NCBI GenBank assembly: GCA_051652765.1
Contig: JBOFUV010000112.1
Span: 1 to 64,000 of the forward strand
DNA: 64,000 bases
DNA from: Microcoleaceae cyanobacterium
GTDB lineage: Bacteria > Cyanobacteriota > Cyanobacteriia > Cyanobacteriales > Microcoleaceae
Reading direction: 5' to 3'
Under the pieces are notes generated by a model that saw only the letters and a list, made by a program, of their open reading frames with translations, had not been told where the DNA came from and made no database searches. This document shows positions 40,250 to 51,517 of the stretch, piece after piece. Positions within the stretch are counted from its first letter, which is position 1. Each line of letters starts with the position of its first letter. The position numbers and the translations under genes are program-made.

Positions 40250-43015
40250 ATGTCGAAGTCTAAAGGGCAGCAAAACATCACAGGTCAAGAACCGAACCCT
40301 TCTCCTCAACTCCCGAGACTCAGCGGTTCTGAGATTCGAGAAACGTTCCTGAACTTCTATGCCGCACGGGGTCACAAGATTTTGCCCAGTGCTTCCCTTG
40401 TCCCTGAAGACCCGACTGTGTTGTTGACGATCGCTGGGATGTTACCCTTCAAGCCGATTTTTCTGGGACAACGACCCGCAGAAGTTCCCCGCGCCACCTC
40501 TTCGCAGAAATGTATCCGCACCAACGACATTGAGAATGTGGGACGAACAGCCCGTCACCACACGTTTTTTGAGATGTTGGGCAATTTCAGTTTTGGAGAT
40601 TACTTCAAGGAGCAGGCGATCGCTTGGGGTTGGGAGTTGTCCACGGAAGTCTTCGGTCTGCCACCTGAACGGTTAGTTGTGAGCGTGTTTGAGGAGGATG
40701 ATGAAGCCTTTGCCATCTGGCGCGACAAAATTGGCATTCCGGCTGGCCGGATTCAACGCATGGGAGAAGCTGATAACTTCTGGAAATCTGGCCCCACTGG
40801 CCCCTGTGGCCCCTGTTCAGAGATTTACTACGACTTCCATCCCGAACGGGGAGATGACACCATTGACTTAGAGGATGATACCCGGTTTATTGAGTTCTAC
40901 AATCTGGTCTTCATGCAATACAACCGGGATGCAGCAGGCACTTTGACCCCATTGCAGAACAAAAACATTGACACGGGTATGGGGTTAGAACGGATGGCCC
41001 AAATCTTACAACAGGTTCCCAACAACTACGAAACAGATTTAATCTTCCCCATCATCAAAACGGCGGCAGATCTTGCTGGGATTGACTACACCAAGAGCGA
41101 CGACAAAACCAAGGTCTCCCTAAAGGTCATCGGGGATCATGTGCGCTCCGTGGTTCACCTGATTGCGGATGAGGTGACCGCCTCAAATATCGGTCGGGGC
41201 TATGTGTTACGACGGCTGATCCGCCGGGTCGTGCGTCATGGGCGGTTGATCGGCATTTATACAAAAGGTATTGCAGGCAGCGTTTTTACCCCTCAAGTTG
41301 CGGAGACTGCCATTTTCCTATCTGAGGATGCTTATCCCAACGTGCGGCAACGAGCAGAGGCGATTACAGCAGAATTACAACGAGAAGAAGAACGGTTTTT
41401 AGAAACCCTAGAACGGGGTGAGAAACTGCTGGTGGAAATGATGGCGAAGACCTCTGCCAACCTGGAGAAGAAGGACGATCAAGTCTTAGGCAAAGATCTT
41501 CCCTCCCAAACCCCCCTTGTTAAAGACATGATTTCCGGGGAGGATGCGTTTATTTTGTACGATACCTACGGGTTTCCGTTGGAACTCACCCAGGAAATCG
41601 CCGAGGAAAATGGCTTGACCGTTGACGTGGCAGGGTTTGAAGCTGAGATGGAGGCCCAACGCCGCCGCTCTAAAGATGCCCATGAAACCATTGATTTAAT
41701 GGTTCAGAGCAGTCTCAACAAACTGGCAGATATTCATCCAACGGTCTTCCTAGGATACACTGAACCCGCTGTAAAAGCCGAAGTCGCAGCGGTGTTAGTT
41801 CAGGGTCAGGTGGTTGAATCTGCCGAACCGGGAGCAACCGTTCAAATTGTGCTGGATCAGACTCCCTTCTACGCTGAATCCGGGGGACAGATTGGCGATC
41901 GCGGTTACTTGAGTTACGGCGACCTGGTAGTTCGCGTGGAGGATGTCAAGAAAGAATCCAATCTCTTCATTCATTTCGGCACAGTCGAACGGGGAACCCT
42001 TTCTCCAGGGATGACTGTAATGGCCCAAATCGATCGGGCTTGTCGTCGTCGGGCTCAGGCAAATCATACGGCGACTCACTTGTTGCAAGCGGCCTTGAAA
42101 TCCTGGGTGGATGACTCAATTTCCCAAGCAGGTTCCATGGTGTCTTTTGATCGGCTGCGGTTTGACTTCAACAGTCCTCGCGCTTTAACCGCAACAGAAA
42201 TTCAACAGGTGGAAGATCAGGTCAATACTTGGATTGCCGAGGCCCATCTGGCAACTGTGGCCGAAATGCCCTTAGAACAAGCCAAAGCCAAGGGCGCAAC
42301 TGCGATGTTTGGAGAGAAGTATGCTGAGGTTGTGCGAGTCGTGGATTATCCTGGGGTATCCATGGAACTCTGCGGCGGCACCCATGTGGGCAACACGGCA
42401 GAAATTGGTCTGTTCAAAATCATCTCGGAAACGGGGATTTCCTCAGGCATTCGGCGGATTGAGGCCGTTGCAGGACAGGCCGTGTTGGATTATCTGAATG
42501 TGCGGGATAGCGTCGTCAAAGACCTGAGCGATCGCTTTAAGGCAAAACCCGAGGAATTACCAGAGCGCATCACCCAGTTGCAAACTGAATTAAAAGCGAC
42601 CCAAAAACAGTTAGATGCAGTCAGAGCAGAATTGGCGATCGCAAAATCTGACCAGCTAGTGGATACGGCTGAATCTGTCGGTGAGTTCAAGATTTTAGTG
42701 GCAGAACTGCCCGGTGCCGATGCTGACTCCTTGAAAACTGCTGCCGAACGGTTGCAATCCAAATTGGGAGAGAGTGCTGTTGTTCTAGGTTCTGCACCAG
42801 AAGCAGACAAGGTGAGTTTGGTGGCAGCGTTCAGTCCGACCGTTTACAAGGATAAGAAACTCCAAGCTGGCAAGTTCATCGGTGAAATTGCCAAAATCTG
42901 TGGCGGCGGCGGCGGCGGACGACCCAACTTAGCTCAAGCAGGCGGACGCGATCCAGGTCAGTTGGCAGCGGCATTAGCACAGGCGAAAGTCCTGTTGATT
43001 GAAGGGTTGCAATAG
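40250..43015 (+). CDS. alaS: Alanine--tRNA ligase
   Basis: [36 protein letters not shown], editing NHTATHLL...ELCGGTH, GGGGGRP. ATG at 40250. Confidence 0.99.
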   Translation: MSKSKGQQNITGQEPNPSPQLPRLSGSEIRETFLNFYAARGHKILPSASLVPEDPTVLLTIAGMLPFKPIFLGQRPAEVPRATSSQKCIRTNDIENVGRTARHHTFFEMLGNFSFGDYFKEQAIAWGWELSTEVFGLPPERLVVSVFEEDDEAFAIWRDKIGIPAGRIQRMGEADNFWKSGPTGPCGPCSEIYYDFHPERGDDTIDLEDDTRFIEFYNLVFMQYNRDAAGTLTPLQNKNIDTGMGLERMAQILQQVPNNYETDLIFPIIKTAADLAGIDYTKSDDKTKVSLKVIGDHVRSVVHLIADEVTASNIGRGYVLRRLIRRVVRHGRLIGIYTKGIAGSVFTPQVAETAIFLSEDAYPNVRQRAEAITAELQREEERFLETLERGEKLLVEMMAKTSANLEKKDDQVLGKDLPSQTPLVKDMISGEDAFILYDTYGFPLELTQEIAEENGLTVDVAGFEAEMEAQRRRSKDAHETIDLMVQSSLNKLADIHPTVFLGYTEPAVKAEVAAVLVQGQVVESAEPGATVQIVLDQTPFYAESGGQIGDRGYLSYGDLVVRVEDVKKESNLFIHFGTVERGTLSPGMTVMAQIDRACRRRAQANHTATHLLQAALKSWVDDSISQAGSMVSFDRLRFDFNSPRALTATEIQQVEDQVNTWIAEAHLATVAEMPLEQAKAKGATAMFGEKYAEVVRVVDYPGVSMELCGGTHVGNTAEIGLFKIISETGISSGIRRIEAVAGQAVLDYLNVRDSVVKDLSDRFKAKPEELPERITQLQTELKATQKQLDAVRAELAIAKSDQLVDTAESVGEFKILVAELPGADADSLKTAAERLQSKLGESAVVLGSAPEADKVSLVAAFSPTVYKDKKLQAGKFIGEIAKICGGGGGGRPNLAQAGGRDPGQLAAALAQAKVLLIEGLQ

Positions 43016-43048
43016 TTACTAATCAGCGTTCTATCTTCTTTTGAGCCG

Positions 43049-45601
43049 TCAACCACTGACCGGACTGTAGGAATATTCTTCCTCCCGATTCATACCCTGG
43101 GACTGATTCACGAAATTTTGGACGAGGTTGCGGTATTCTCTCAGGGTGGTGTCTACCCAATCCCGGTTGTGGCTATTGGCATACAGATGAACCAAAGGCT
43201 CTCCAGCATCCGGCAAGATTAACACCCAGTTGTCATCCCGATAGTTGAGCAACTTCACACCGTCAATCAGCTCGATCTGGCCCTCAGTATAACTTTCAAC
43301 TAGATAACGCATCAATCTTCCCTTAATTGCCCAAGGGCAGCGAACCGCATAGCATCGGTGAATAACATGGGGCAAGTCAGCCCGGATTTGCGTCAAGGAT
43401 CGTTCCTGAGTCGCCAACATTTCGATGATTTTGGCAATGGCAAACATGGCATCAAATCCCGGATGAAACTGGGGAAAGATAAATCCCATCTCCCCACTGC
43501 CCCCCATCACAACGTTGGGATTGGTGTGGCAGGTCTCCATGATGGCAGTTGGATTAGCTTTGGTGCGTAATACCTTGGCATCATGACGGCGGGCAATCTG
43601 TTCCACAGCTGAAGAGGCATTGACGGGGACAACAACCGTGCCGCGAGGACTGGCCGTTAACACCAGATTCACCATCAGGGCCGTTAACAGTTCACTGCGA
43701 ATCGGACTGCCCGTTTCGTCCACTAGGATAAACTGTTCTCCGTTGGCATAGACCTGAACGCCAAAAGTAGCTCGCAGGGCTTCCACCACCCGACCCAGTT
43801 GATCCAATAAGTTTTCTCGCTCTTCGTTTGACACCGCAGTCTGGCCCAAACTAGCATTTAACACTACGGCATCACACCCAAACTTGGACAGCAACCGGGG
43901 CAAGATTGCGCCAGAAACCGCATAGACATAGTCAATCACCACTTTGGCATTGCTGTGGCGTAGGGCTTCAACGTTGAGGTGGCGTTCAAAGCTAGCACTG
44001 TAGGTATCCCCCACATCCGAACGATAGCTCATGTTGCCAATTTCTGTAATTTGGGCTCGCCGGAGGTCTTCCTTAAAGTACGCGCCTTCAATCTTTTTCT
44101 CTTTGGCCTTGCTGATGTTAATTCCCTTACTGTCAAAGAGTTCGATGAGGATTTGATCCCCGCGATCGGGGGAAAGGCGCACATGGATACCTCCTGCCAC
44201 GTTCAAGTTTGAAATCACCGTGCGGGTGACTGGAATCGCTGTGGACTCCAGGTTTAACACATTGACCCCAACAGACATCAACCCTGCCACCATCGATCGC
44301 GTCACCATGCGAGAAATTCGCCGTTGATCTCGGGAAACTGCCACTGTTGCGCCATATTTGAGGGTTGATCCGTAGGCTGCCCCCAACTTCACGGCAAATT
44401 CAGGGGTAATGTCAATGTTGGCGAGTCCCTGCACCCCCCGCTGACCAAACAGATTTCGTCTGGCGGTGTTGCCCCAGATCAAGTTAATGTTCAGGGTTGC
44501 GCCGGATTCAATCTTCTTGCTGGGCCATACTCTTACCCCTGGACTGATTTTAGCTTCTTCGCCAACGGTAGACAGCGAACCCACAACAGCCCCTTCTAAA
44601 ACATGGGCGCGGCGATCCACTCGAGTGCCCCGAGCGATCACACAGGCCCGCAAGTGAACATCGTCTCCAACAATAGCCCCATTCCAAATAATCGGACGTT
44701 TGAGGTTGGCATCGGCTCCAATCGTAACGTTATCGCCAATCACCGTCCCGGCTTCAATCTCCACTCTTGGCCCGATCCGACAGTTCCCTCCAATCAGAGC
44801 TGGCGCTTCGATTTTGGCCGTTTCGTCGATAAATGTATTGTCTCCCACCCAGAGACCGGGCGATCGCTCTTCGTAGGCCATATCCAATGCCACCTTTCCC
44901 CGGAGAGCATCGTATTGGGCTTCCCGATAGACATCTAGGTGGCCCACATCGCACCAATAGCCCTCGGCGATGAAGCCATACATGGGAATTTCTTTTTCTA
45001 ATAAGATGGGAAATAGATCCTTAGAAAAATCGCTCTCTTGATTTGCAGGCAAATAGTTGAGGATTTCTGGCTCTAGGATATAGGTGCCAGTATTCACGGT
45101 ATCAGAGAATACTTCGCTGGTGGAGGGCTTTTCCAAAAACCGTTGGATGCGATGATTTTTATCGGTAATAACCACACCAAATTCCAGGGGGTTCGGAACA
45201 TGGGCCAGAATCAAAGTTGCCTTTGAATGTTGGCGCTGATGAAACTGAATGGCAGCACTCAGATCACAATCAGTAATGCAGTCGCCACTAATAACCAAGA
45301 AAGTGCTGTCTAAAAGTTCCTCAACGTTCTTGACACATCCTGACGTTCCTAAGGGTTGATCCTCCTCAACGGCGTAGGTAATTTGCACTCCAAAATCACT
45401 GCCATCGTGAAAATACTCCCGCATCACATCTGGCAAATAGTGAAGGGTGACAATCACTTCCCGAATCTGATGTCGCTGCAGCAGGTTCAGAATATGCTCT
45501 GCAATTGGACGGTTGAGGAATGGCACCATCGGTTTGGGTAAATCACAAGTCAACGGTCTCAACCGAGTTCCTGAACCACCTGCCATTAGCACTGCTCGCA
45601 T
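43049..45601 (-). CDS. Mannose-1-phosphate guanylyltransferase / phosphomannomutase-like fusion
   Basis: MAGGSGTRLRPLT...KPMVP, FLEKP, hexapeptide LbH region, C-terminal PGM/PMM-like domain. Confidence 0.93.
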   Translation of the reverse strand: MRAVLMAGGSGTRLRPLTCDLPKPMVPFLNRPIAEHILNLLQRHQIREVIVTLHYLPDVMREYFHDGSDFGVQITYAVEEDQPLGTSGCVKNVEELLDSTFLVISGDCITDCDLSAAIQFHQRQHSKATLILAHVPNPLEFGVVITDKNHRIQRFLEKPSTSEVFSDTVNTGTYILEPEILNYLPANQESDFSKDLFPILLEKEIPMYGFIAEGYWCDVGHLDVYREAQYDALRGKVALDMAYEERSPGLWVGDNTFIDETAKIEAPALIGGNCRIGPRVEIEAGTVIGDNVTIGADANLKRPIIWNGAIVGDDVHLRACVIARGTRVDRRAHVLEGAVVGSLSTVGEEAKISPGVRVWPSKKIESGATLNINLIWGNTARRNLFGQRGVQGLANIDITPEFAVKLGAAYGSTLKYGATVAVSRDQRRISRMVTRSMVAGLMSVGVNVLNLESTAIPVTRTVISNLNVAGGIHVRLSPDRGDQILIELFDSKGINISKAKEKKIEGAYFKEDLRRAQITEIGNMSYRSDVGDTYSASFERHLNVEALRHSNAKVVIDYVYAVSGAILPRLLSKFGCDAVVLNASLGQTAVSNEERENLLDQLGRVVEALRATFGVQVYANGEQFILVDETGSPIRSELLTALMVNLVLTASPRGTVVVPVNASSAVEQIARRHDAKVLRTKANPTAIMETCHTNPNVVMGGSGEMGFIFPQFHPGFDAMFAIAKIIEMLATQERSLTQIRADLPHVIHRCYAVRCPWAIKGRLMRYLVESYTEGQIELIDGVKLLNYRDDNWVLILPDAGEPLVHLYANSHNRDWVDTTLREYRNLVQNFVNQSQGMNREEEYSYSPVSG

Positions 45602-45683
45602 AGAGTCCTCCTAAACAGACCTGTAAGATTTAACTAAGATTTAACAAAAGTCAATTAAAAATCGCATCAACAACAACTTGTCA

Positions 45684-45843
45684 GAACCTGTTTGAAAAGG
45701 GATCGGCTGGGTTTCAATCCCTTACCGATCCCTCCTAGCTCCCCATGAAAGAAGGGAAATCAGCATCAACATCCTTCTTGCCCGGGGGGATTGGGGGATC
45801 TAAATGTTTTTTTTGCCGACAACGAGAGTTTTCAAACATCCTC
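45684..45843. mobile_element. ~160-bp degenerate MITE (IS5-like ends) with internal GC-rich hairpin
   Basis: Ends GAACCTGTTTGAAAA and TTTTCAAACATCCTC pair at 12 of 15 positions. Internal GATCCC...GGGGGGATTGGGGGATC (45727-45800). Confidence 0.7.
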
Positions 45844-46307
45844 TACGACGAATTCATAATAATGAATTTGTAAGGTGAACTCGCAAGAAGTGTAAACAGT
45901 AAAAAGTATTCACCGTTTGCAGCAATTAACCCCACAACTTAAACCCAAACTGAAAAACTTCTGCTGGTAAATCAGACTCATCAGACTATGGATAGATTTT
46001 ATGCATAAGTTTTCAAGGTTCTTGTGTACTAAGACACTTCAACTGTCTGATCAAGGATATTTATTCGTCTTGAAGCTAATTTTATCACCTTCATCTAAAT
46101 CGATTTTCTATCCCTGGGTAGAAAGGCCAGAGGATTCAGAGAACTTGAAACAAGTTTCAGTAAACAAACCTGCAAAAGTAGAGTGTTTGATTGATCCCCC
46201 TACTAGATTGCTTAAAACCAAGTCAATTTGCTTAAATTTCAGAGTTTGAGAACTTTAAGGCTATCAAATTGTCATACTAAGCTAAAGCTTAACTGATTTT
46301 CTTCATT

Positions 46308-48401
46308 TTACCAATCTTCAATTTCCAAGGCTTGACAAGCCGCTTGAATTAAGCAGGAGAAAAAAGGCTGAGAAAGATCAATCGTTTTTGCTTCTCCTCT
46401 GCTGCTTCCTAATGCCCCCATCTGATGTCCTACAGGAATAGCTAACACCTGTCCTTGCGAATTTTGAATTCGTAATTCCTGGAAAGAATCGACTTGAACT
46501 AAACTGCAACAGTATTGGCGATCGCCGTAATAAAACTTCTTTAGACCGCAGGGCGGAGTGGATGGCAGCAGGGCAGGTTGGGGTAAGCGCGCCCCTAAAA
46601 GATCGAGTTCTACCGTTGTTCGATCATTCCAGGTATTTTCTCGCAATTGATAGGCAATATCAAGCATAGAGGGCAAAGGAAAATAATCTCCCCAACGCCA
46701 CGCGATCGCCTCAAGGGTTGGCAGGACTGTCAAGGATTCAGTTGCCGGAGATTCTAAAGATAGGGTGAGTTTAATATGACCTTTTCCAATCAATCGTTGA
46801 CGAACAACTCGAGCATTCGCAGTCCAAAAAATAGGGGGCTTGTTCTGAATACCACAGGGTTGAAATTGATTGATTTGTTGATATAAATTCCAATCAATTT
46901 CGGATAGATTGACTTGGGCATCAATGGTGATCAACGGTTTCAAATGGTGGGGATCTAGACACTGATGGGCAAATTCCCATAGACGAGACTGAAATTGTTC
47001 TAAGTTTTCGGCAGGCATGGAAAACCCTCCGGCGGCTTGATGCCCTCCAAACTTACCCAGTAAATCTTGACAGAATTGTAATGCTTCAAATACATGAAAT
47101 TCAGGAATGCCTCGGGCAGACCCTCGAATCATTCTAGGGGCTTCGGGTTCCGTCTCATCTTCATAGGTTCCAATGAAGACTGGAACTCCATAACGTTCAA
47201 CCAATCGGGACGCAACAATGCCAATCACGCCATGATGCCAACCGGGTTGCACAATCACTAATACTCGAGCTTGCTTGAAGTTAAGCTGGCGCTGTTGACA
47301 CCAAGCAACTGCTGCTTGTTCAATCGCTTCACAAAGGTGTTGGCGCTGTTGATTGACCTGTTCACATTGCATGGCCCGTTCTAAAGCAATGTCTGGATCA
47401 TCGGTTGTGAGTAATTCAATCACAATTTGTGGGTCTGCAATTCGACCTACCGCATTAATTCTTGGCCCCAAACGAAAGCCAATATCATCCGGTTTCAGAG
47501 GGGCCTGAGCTTTAGAGTTCGAGGATTGAGAAGTGGTGTAACTTGCAGGCACACTGCCAATCCCAGTCACTTGAATTAAGGCTTGAATCCCAGGAATTTG
47601 AGAGACCGGTAATCGCTGTAATCCCCGTTTTACCCAGCGACGGTTCACTCCTTGTAAAGGAGCCAAGTCGGCAATTGTTCCTAAAGTAAATAACTCCAGT
47701 AAGGGATTGACTAATCCCTGAAGTTTGTTGAGGCGTTGTGCTAAACAAATCGCCAAAATATAAGCTACTCCAACTCCAGCCAAACCTCGATAGAGAGACG
47801 TTTCATCAATTAACTTTGGATTTAAAATAGCGTGGGCTGGGGGTAATTTTGGCGGCAAATCATGATGATCGGTGATAATGACCGTTAATCCTAATTCCCT
47901 GGCGCGAGCAACGGGTTCATAGGCAGAAATCCCATTATCAACGGTCAGAATTAATCGAATATTTTCTCGGTGAAATTCCTCAACGATGCGACAGTTAATC
48001 CCGTATCCTTCCGTCATCCGACTGGGAATGGCATAGCTGACGTTTGCCCCTAGCCAAGAGAGCGATCGCATTAACAAAGCCGTACTGGTCATCCCATCTG
48101 CATCATAGTCCCCACAAATCGCAATTTTTTCCTGCTGGGCGATCGCGTGATGCAATAACGTAACACTGGTTTCTAGATCTGGAAATGCTTCGGTTGGCGA
48201 AGGTAAAGTTTGGGATTCTGGATCAAGGAAAATTTTAGCAGGATCAACGGTATCAATTCCACGATTAATCAACACTTGTGCTAAAAGAGGAGACAATCCA
48301 GTGGTTTTCGCTAATGCTTCGGCTTTCTGGGGATTTGAGGGGAAAATAGACCAGCGTTGATCCGGTAACTTAGGAGAAGATGGCACAGTAGAAGATGGCA
48401 A
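46308..48401 (-). CDS. recJ: ssDNA-specific exonuclease RecJ
   Basis: GDYDADG, TVDNG, TDHH, GTIAD, PRINAVGR, GSARG, FGGHQAAGG. Confidence 0.97.
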   Translation of the reverse strand: MPSSTVPSSPKLPDQRWSIFPSNPQKAEALAKTTGLSPLLAQVLINRGIDTVDPAKIFLDPESQTLPSPTEAFPDLETSVTLLHHAIAQQEKIAICGDYDADGMTSTALLMRSLSWLGANVSYAIPSRMTEGYGINCRIVEEFHRENIRLILTVDNGISAYEPVARARELGLTVIITDHHDLPPKLPPAHAILNPKLIDETSLYRGLAGVGVAYILAICLAQRLNKLQGLVNPLLELFTLGTIADLAPLQGVNRRWVKRGLQRLPVSQIPGIQALIQVTGIGSVPASYTTSQSSNSKAQAPLKPDDIGFRLGPRINAVGRIADPQIVIELLTTDDPDIALERAMQCEQVNQQRQHLCEAIEQAAVAWCQQRQLNFKQARVLVIVQPGWHHGVIGIVASRLVERYGVPVFIGTYEDETEPEAPRMIRGSARGIPEFHVFEALQFCQDLLGKFGGHQAAGGFSMPAENLEQFQSRLWEFAHQCLDPHHLKPLITIDAQVNLSEIDWNLYQQINQFQPCGIQNKPPIFWTANARVVRQRLIGKGHIKLTLSLESPATESLTVLPTLEAIAWRWGDYFPLPSMLDIAYQLRENTWNDRTTVELDLLGARLPQPALLPSTPPCGLKKFYYGDRQYCCSLVQVDSFQELRIQNSQGQVLAIPVGHQMGALGSSRGEAKTIDLSQPFFSCLIQAACQALEIEDW

Positions 48402-48830
48402 AGTGGGGAATGAATAAAGAATACGACTGTTGAGTTGAAGAATGATTCACCCATTCTATCGAACTCATGCACTTTACGGCGGGCATGGCAATCACCCTAG
48501 GTGCTGACAATACTAGTTTATCAAGTCGGCGACTTGGGGCTACAACCGGTAACCGGAAGCGGGCATTTTGCCTGTGCAGGCTAGTAATACCAAGTTGTTT
48601 CACATGTATTAGCGTATTAGGATGGGGGAATATTGATAAAGAAAAATTGCGATTCTGAGAAGACGATGTCAGAATAGTTAAGGTGATTGGGGGGTTTTTT
48701 AATCCCCATTTGCTTCTTACATCCGCTGGACTAAGATCCTTCTGCCTCCGAATCTGCCTGATTGAGAGGGACTGAAAGAGGATCATCTAGAGCTCAGGAT
48801 CATCTTATTGTTAACTTGGTATAAGTTGAG

Positions 48831-49385
48831 TTGGTTGTGGCAAGTGATCGGACTCGCTCTGTTCCGAGATACCCGAGTTGGCCAGAGGGCTTTTCCTTTG
48901 CCTCGACTTATTATGGTCTTTTAGGGCTGCATCCCTCTGCTTCGGCCCTTGAGATTCGCAGAGCCTATCGGGAACTGAGTAAGCGGTATCATCCTGATAC
49001 AACAGCCCTTCCGCAGACAGTTGCAACTGTAAAATTTCAGGAGATCAATGCAGCCTATGCAACCCTGAGCAGCCCTGAGGATCGCCTAGCTTATGATTAC
49101 AAAATTCGTTACTCTCGCTACACCGTGATTCAACCCTCGGTTGATTTAGATCAATCCGCTTTTGTCAATAGTTCAAGGCAATCATCACCCCCATATCTCG
49201 ACTCAACCGATCGACCTCTTTCATCTGGAGAACTGTTCGCTTTGATGATCATGGGGCTTAGCTTGGTGGGTTGTTTGATTTTGGCGATCGCAATTGGCCT
49301 GATTCGTTCAGATTTGCATCTAGAATTGATTCAGCCTCCTAGTTTAGTGATGCGATTCCTGGTTTGCTTCAACTTTTTTCTGTAG
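48831..49385 (+). CDS. J-domain protein with C-terminal TM helix
   Basis: YYGLLGL...IRRAYRELSKRYHPD...FQEINAAYATLS. Start uncertain. Confidence 0.88.
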   Translation: MVVASDRTRSVPRYPSWPEGFSFASTYYGLLGLHPSASALEIRRAYRELSKRYHPDTTALPQTVATVKFQEINAAYATLSSPEDRLAYDYKIRYSRYTVIQPSVDLDQSAFVNSSRQSSPPYLDSTDRPLSSGELFALMIMGLSLVGCLILAIAIGLIRSDLHLELIQPPSLVMRFLVCFNFFL

Positions 49386-49415
49386 TTCGCAAATTTCTAT
49401 TCCTTGATAAACCTC

Positions 49416-49694
49416 ATGATCCTCGAACTTCCAAATCCTGATACGCCCTTATATAATCATCCTCTACCCAAAGTCGAAGATTGGCTGCGATCGCAAGGCT
49501 GTGAACAAGATCGGAGTGAGTTGCACCACTGGCAAGTTGAGCGTCCAACGTGGAAAGCTGATCTTTGGTTAGACATTGAGCAGTTAACGGTGTGCTACCA
49601 CGATGCAGGCAATCAGGGTCAGGATATTCAACGCGCTTTCAAATATTCTCTCAGCCGTCAAGATATCGAAGCGGCTGTCTTCTCTGGGCCATAA
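49416..49694 (+). CDS. DUF3143 family protein
   Basis: LPNPDTPLYNHPLPKVEDWL...FKYSLSRQDIEAAVFSGP. Confidence 0.85.
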   Translation: MILELPNPDTPLYNHPLPKVEDWLRSQGCEQDRSELHHWQVERPTWKADLWLDIEQLTVCYHDAGNQGQDIQRAFKYSLSRQDIEAAVFSGP

Positions 49695-49716
49695 CGGTCA
49701 ACCCTGATCTGACTGA

Positions 49717-50466
49717 CTACACCTTGCCAAATCGTCGTTCCCGCTGCTGATAAGAGCAGAGGGCACGATGTAGCTCCGTGCGGTCAAAATCTGGCCAGAG
49801 GGTATCCGTCACATAGATTTCAGCATAGGCCATCTGCCAGAGAAGAAAGTTGCTAATTCGCATTTCTCCACTGGTACGGATTAATAAATCCGGGTGACAC
49901 AGTCCTGCCGTGTAGAGGTGTTTCTCAAACACGGCCTCGTCGATGTTTTCTGGTTGAAGCAGACCTTGTTGCACTTGAGTGGCGATCGCTTGACAGGCTT
50001 GGATGATTTCTTGTCGCCCTCCATAGTTCGTGGCTACGTTAAACAAGATGCCCTGATTGTTGTAGGTTGATTCCATAGACTCTTGAATTCGGGCCTGAAG
50101 TGAGTTTGGCAAGGCGTTCAGGTTCCCAACAAATTGAATGCGGACTTGCTCTTCCATCATTTCCCGCAGTTCCCGCATCAACACCCGCTCAAACAGCGCC
50201 ATCAAAAAATCGACTTCTTCTAGGGGACGACCCCAATTCTCGGTTGAAAAGGCATAGGCCGTTAGGGCTCCTACTCCCCAGTCCTGACAACAGCGCAATA
50301 AATCTTTGAGGGTGTCCACCCCTTGACGGTGGCCCATTGTCCGGGGCAACCCTCGTTGCTTTGCCCAGCGACCGTTCCCATCCATGATCACAGCAATGTG
50401 CCGAGGTAATCGGTTTGGATCTAGATCAGTGGGTAATTCTTGTAAAACCTTTTGCTTAGCACTCAT
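49717..50466 (-). CDS. uppS: Undecaprenyl-diphosphate synthase (isoprenyl transferase)
   Basis: [35 protein letters not shown]. The ATG overlaps the cdaA stop (TAATG). Confidence 0.97.
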   Translation of the reverse strand: MSAKQKVLQELPTDLDPNRLPRHIAVIMDGNGRWAKQRGLPRTMGHRQGVDTLKDLLRCCQDWGVGALTAYAFSTENWGRPLEEVDFLMALFERVLMRELREMMEEQVRIQFVGNLNALPNSLQARIQESMESTYNNQGILFNVATNYGGRQEIIQACQAIATQVQQGLLQPENIDEAVFEKHLYTAGLCHPDLLIRTSGEMRISNFLLWQMAYAEIYVTDTLWPDFDRTELHRALCSYQQRERRFGKV

Positions 50467-51380
50467 TATTTCTCCCGAGAAGCTGATGAACGAAAACGAA
50501 ATACCCGTGAGATCAATGCTCGCCCCTTAGACCGAATCTGGTGCTTGAGGCTTCCAATTGAGATTGGAGGCTTGGTTCTATCGTCACCAGATGGAAATGC
50601 GCGAGCCTCTAGTAACTCTTTTAGTTTACTGCTAGTTAATGGTCGGTTCAGGATTCCTTTTTCAGCGAGAGAAATTGAACCTGTTTCTTCCGAAACTACA
50701 ATGCATAAACATTTTGTCACCCGCTCCGTCATGCCCATAGCTGCCCGATGACGGGTTCCCAGTTGCCGGGAAGCCATTCGTTCAGATAGGGGCAGAATCA
50801 CCCCTGCTGCCGCAATTCGGGAGGCTCGAATTAAGACTGCACCATCATGCAACAGAGTTTTGGGCTGAAAAATGGTCTGTAAAAGCTCCCTGGAGACTTC
50901 TGCGTTGAGTTTCACCCCCGGCACTGAAAAGTCTCGTTCATCGATGGGACTTCCGGTTTCAATCACAATTAAAGCCCCGATCCGATTTTGTGAAAGTTCT
51001 TTAATCGCTTCTACAATTTGGTCAATCACATTATCGGGTTCAGGAATGGCTTTTCGACCCTGACCAAATAATTGCAGGACTTCTCCACGTCCCAATTGCT
51101 CTAGAAACTGGCGAAATTCTGACTGGAGCATGACGGCCATGGCAACCGCTGACCCTGTGACCAAACTGTTCAGGGCAATATAGAGCAATCTCAGACCTGC
51201 CCAGTTACTGATTGCTGTTGCCAACATCAACAGGATAAATCCCCTGACCATCCAGAGGGTTCGGCGCTCTCCAATGATCACCAACACAATGTAGGCAACA
51301 GCAAATACCAGTCCAATATCAATAATGTGGATAAACCAGGACTGCATCCAAATAGGGCCAGAGCTTAGACCCGAACTCAT
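50466..51380 (-). CDS. cdaA: Diadenylate cyclase
   Basis: Three TM helices, DAC motifs LHDGA, GTRHRAA and VSEETG. Confidence 0.96.
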   Translation of the reverse strand: MSSGLSSGPIWMQSWFIHIIDIGLVFAVAYIVLVIIGERRTLWMVRGFILLMLATAISNWAGLRLLYIALNSLVTGSAVAMAVMLQSEFRQFLEQLGRGEVLQLFGQGRKAIPEPDNVIDQIVEAIKELSQNRIGALIVIETGSPIDERDFSVPGVKLNAEVSRELLQTIFQPKTLLHDGAVLIRASRIAAAGVILPLSERMASRQLGTRHRAAMGMTERVTKCLCIVVSEETGSISLAEKGILNRPLTSSKLKELLEARAFPSGDDRTKPPISIGSLKHQIRSKGRALISRVFRFRSSASREK

Positions 51381-51517
51381 TGAACGTTAATCAAAACAGC
51401 TAGAACTCGACCTTGCACTTTACATTTCACAACAGAGGGAAAATCTTAGGCAAATTGCACTTCCGCTAACCGTCAAATTCCCTAATCCGCTTTTCCCTGA
51501 TCGTTCAGAGTGAAAAC

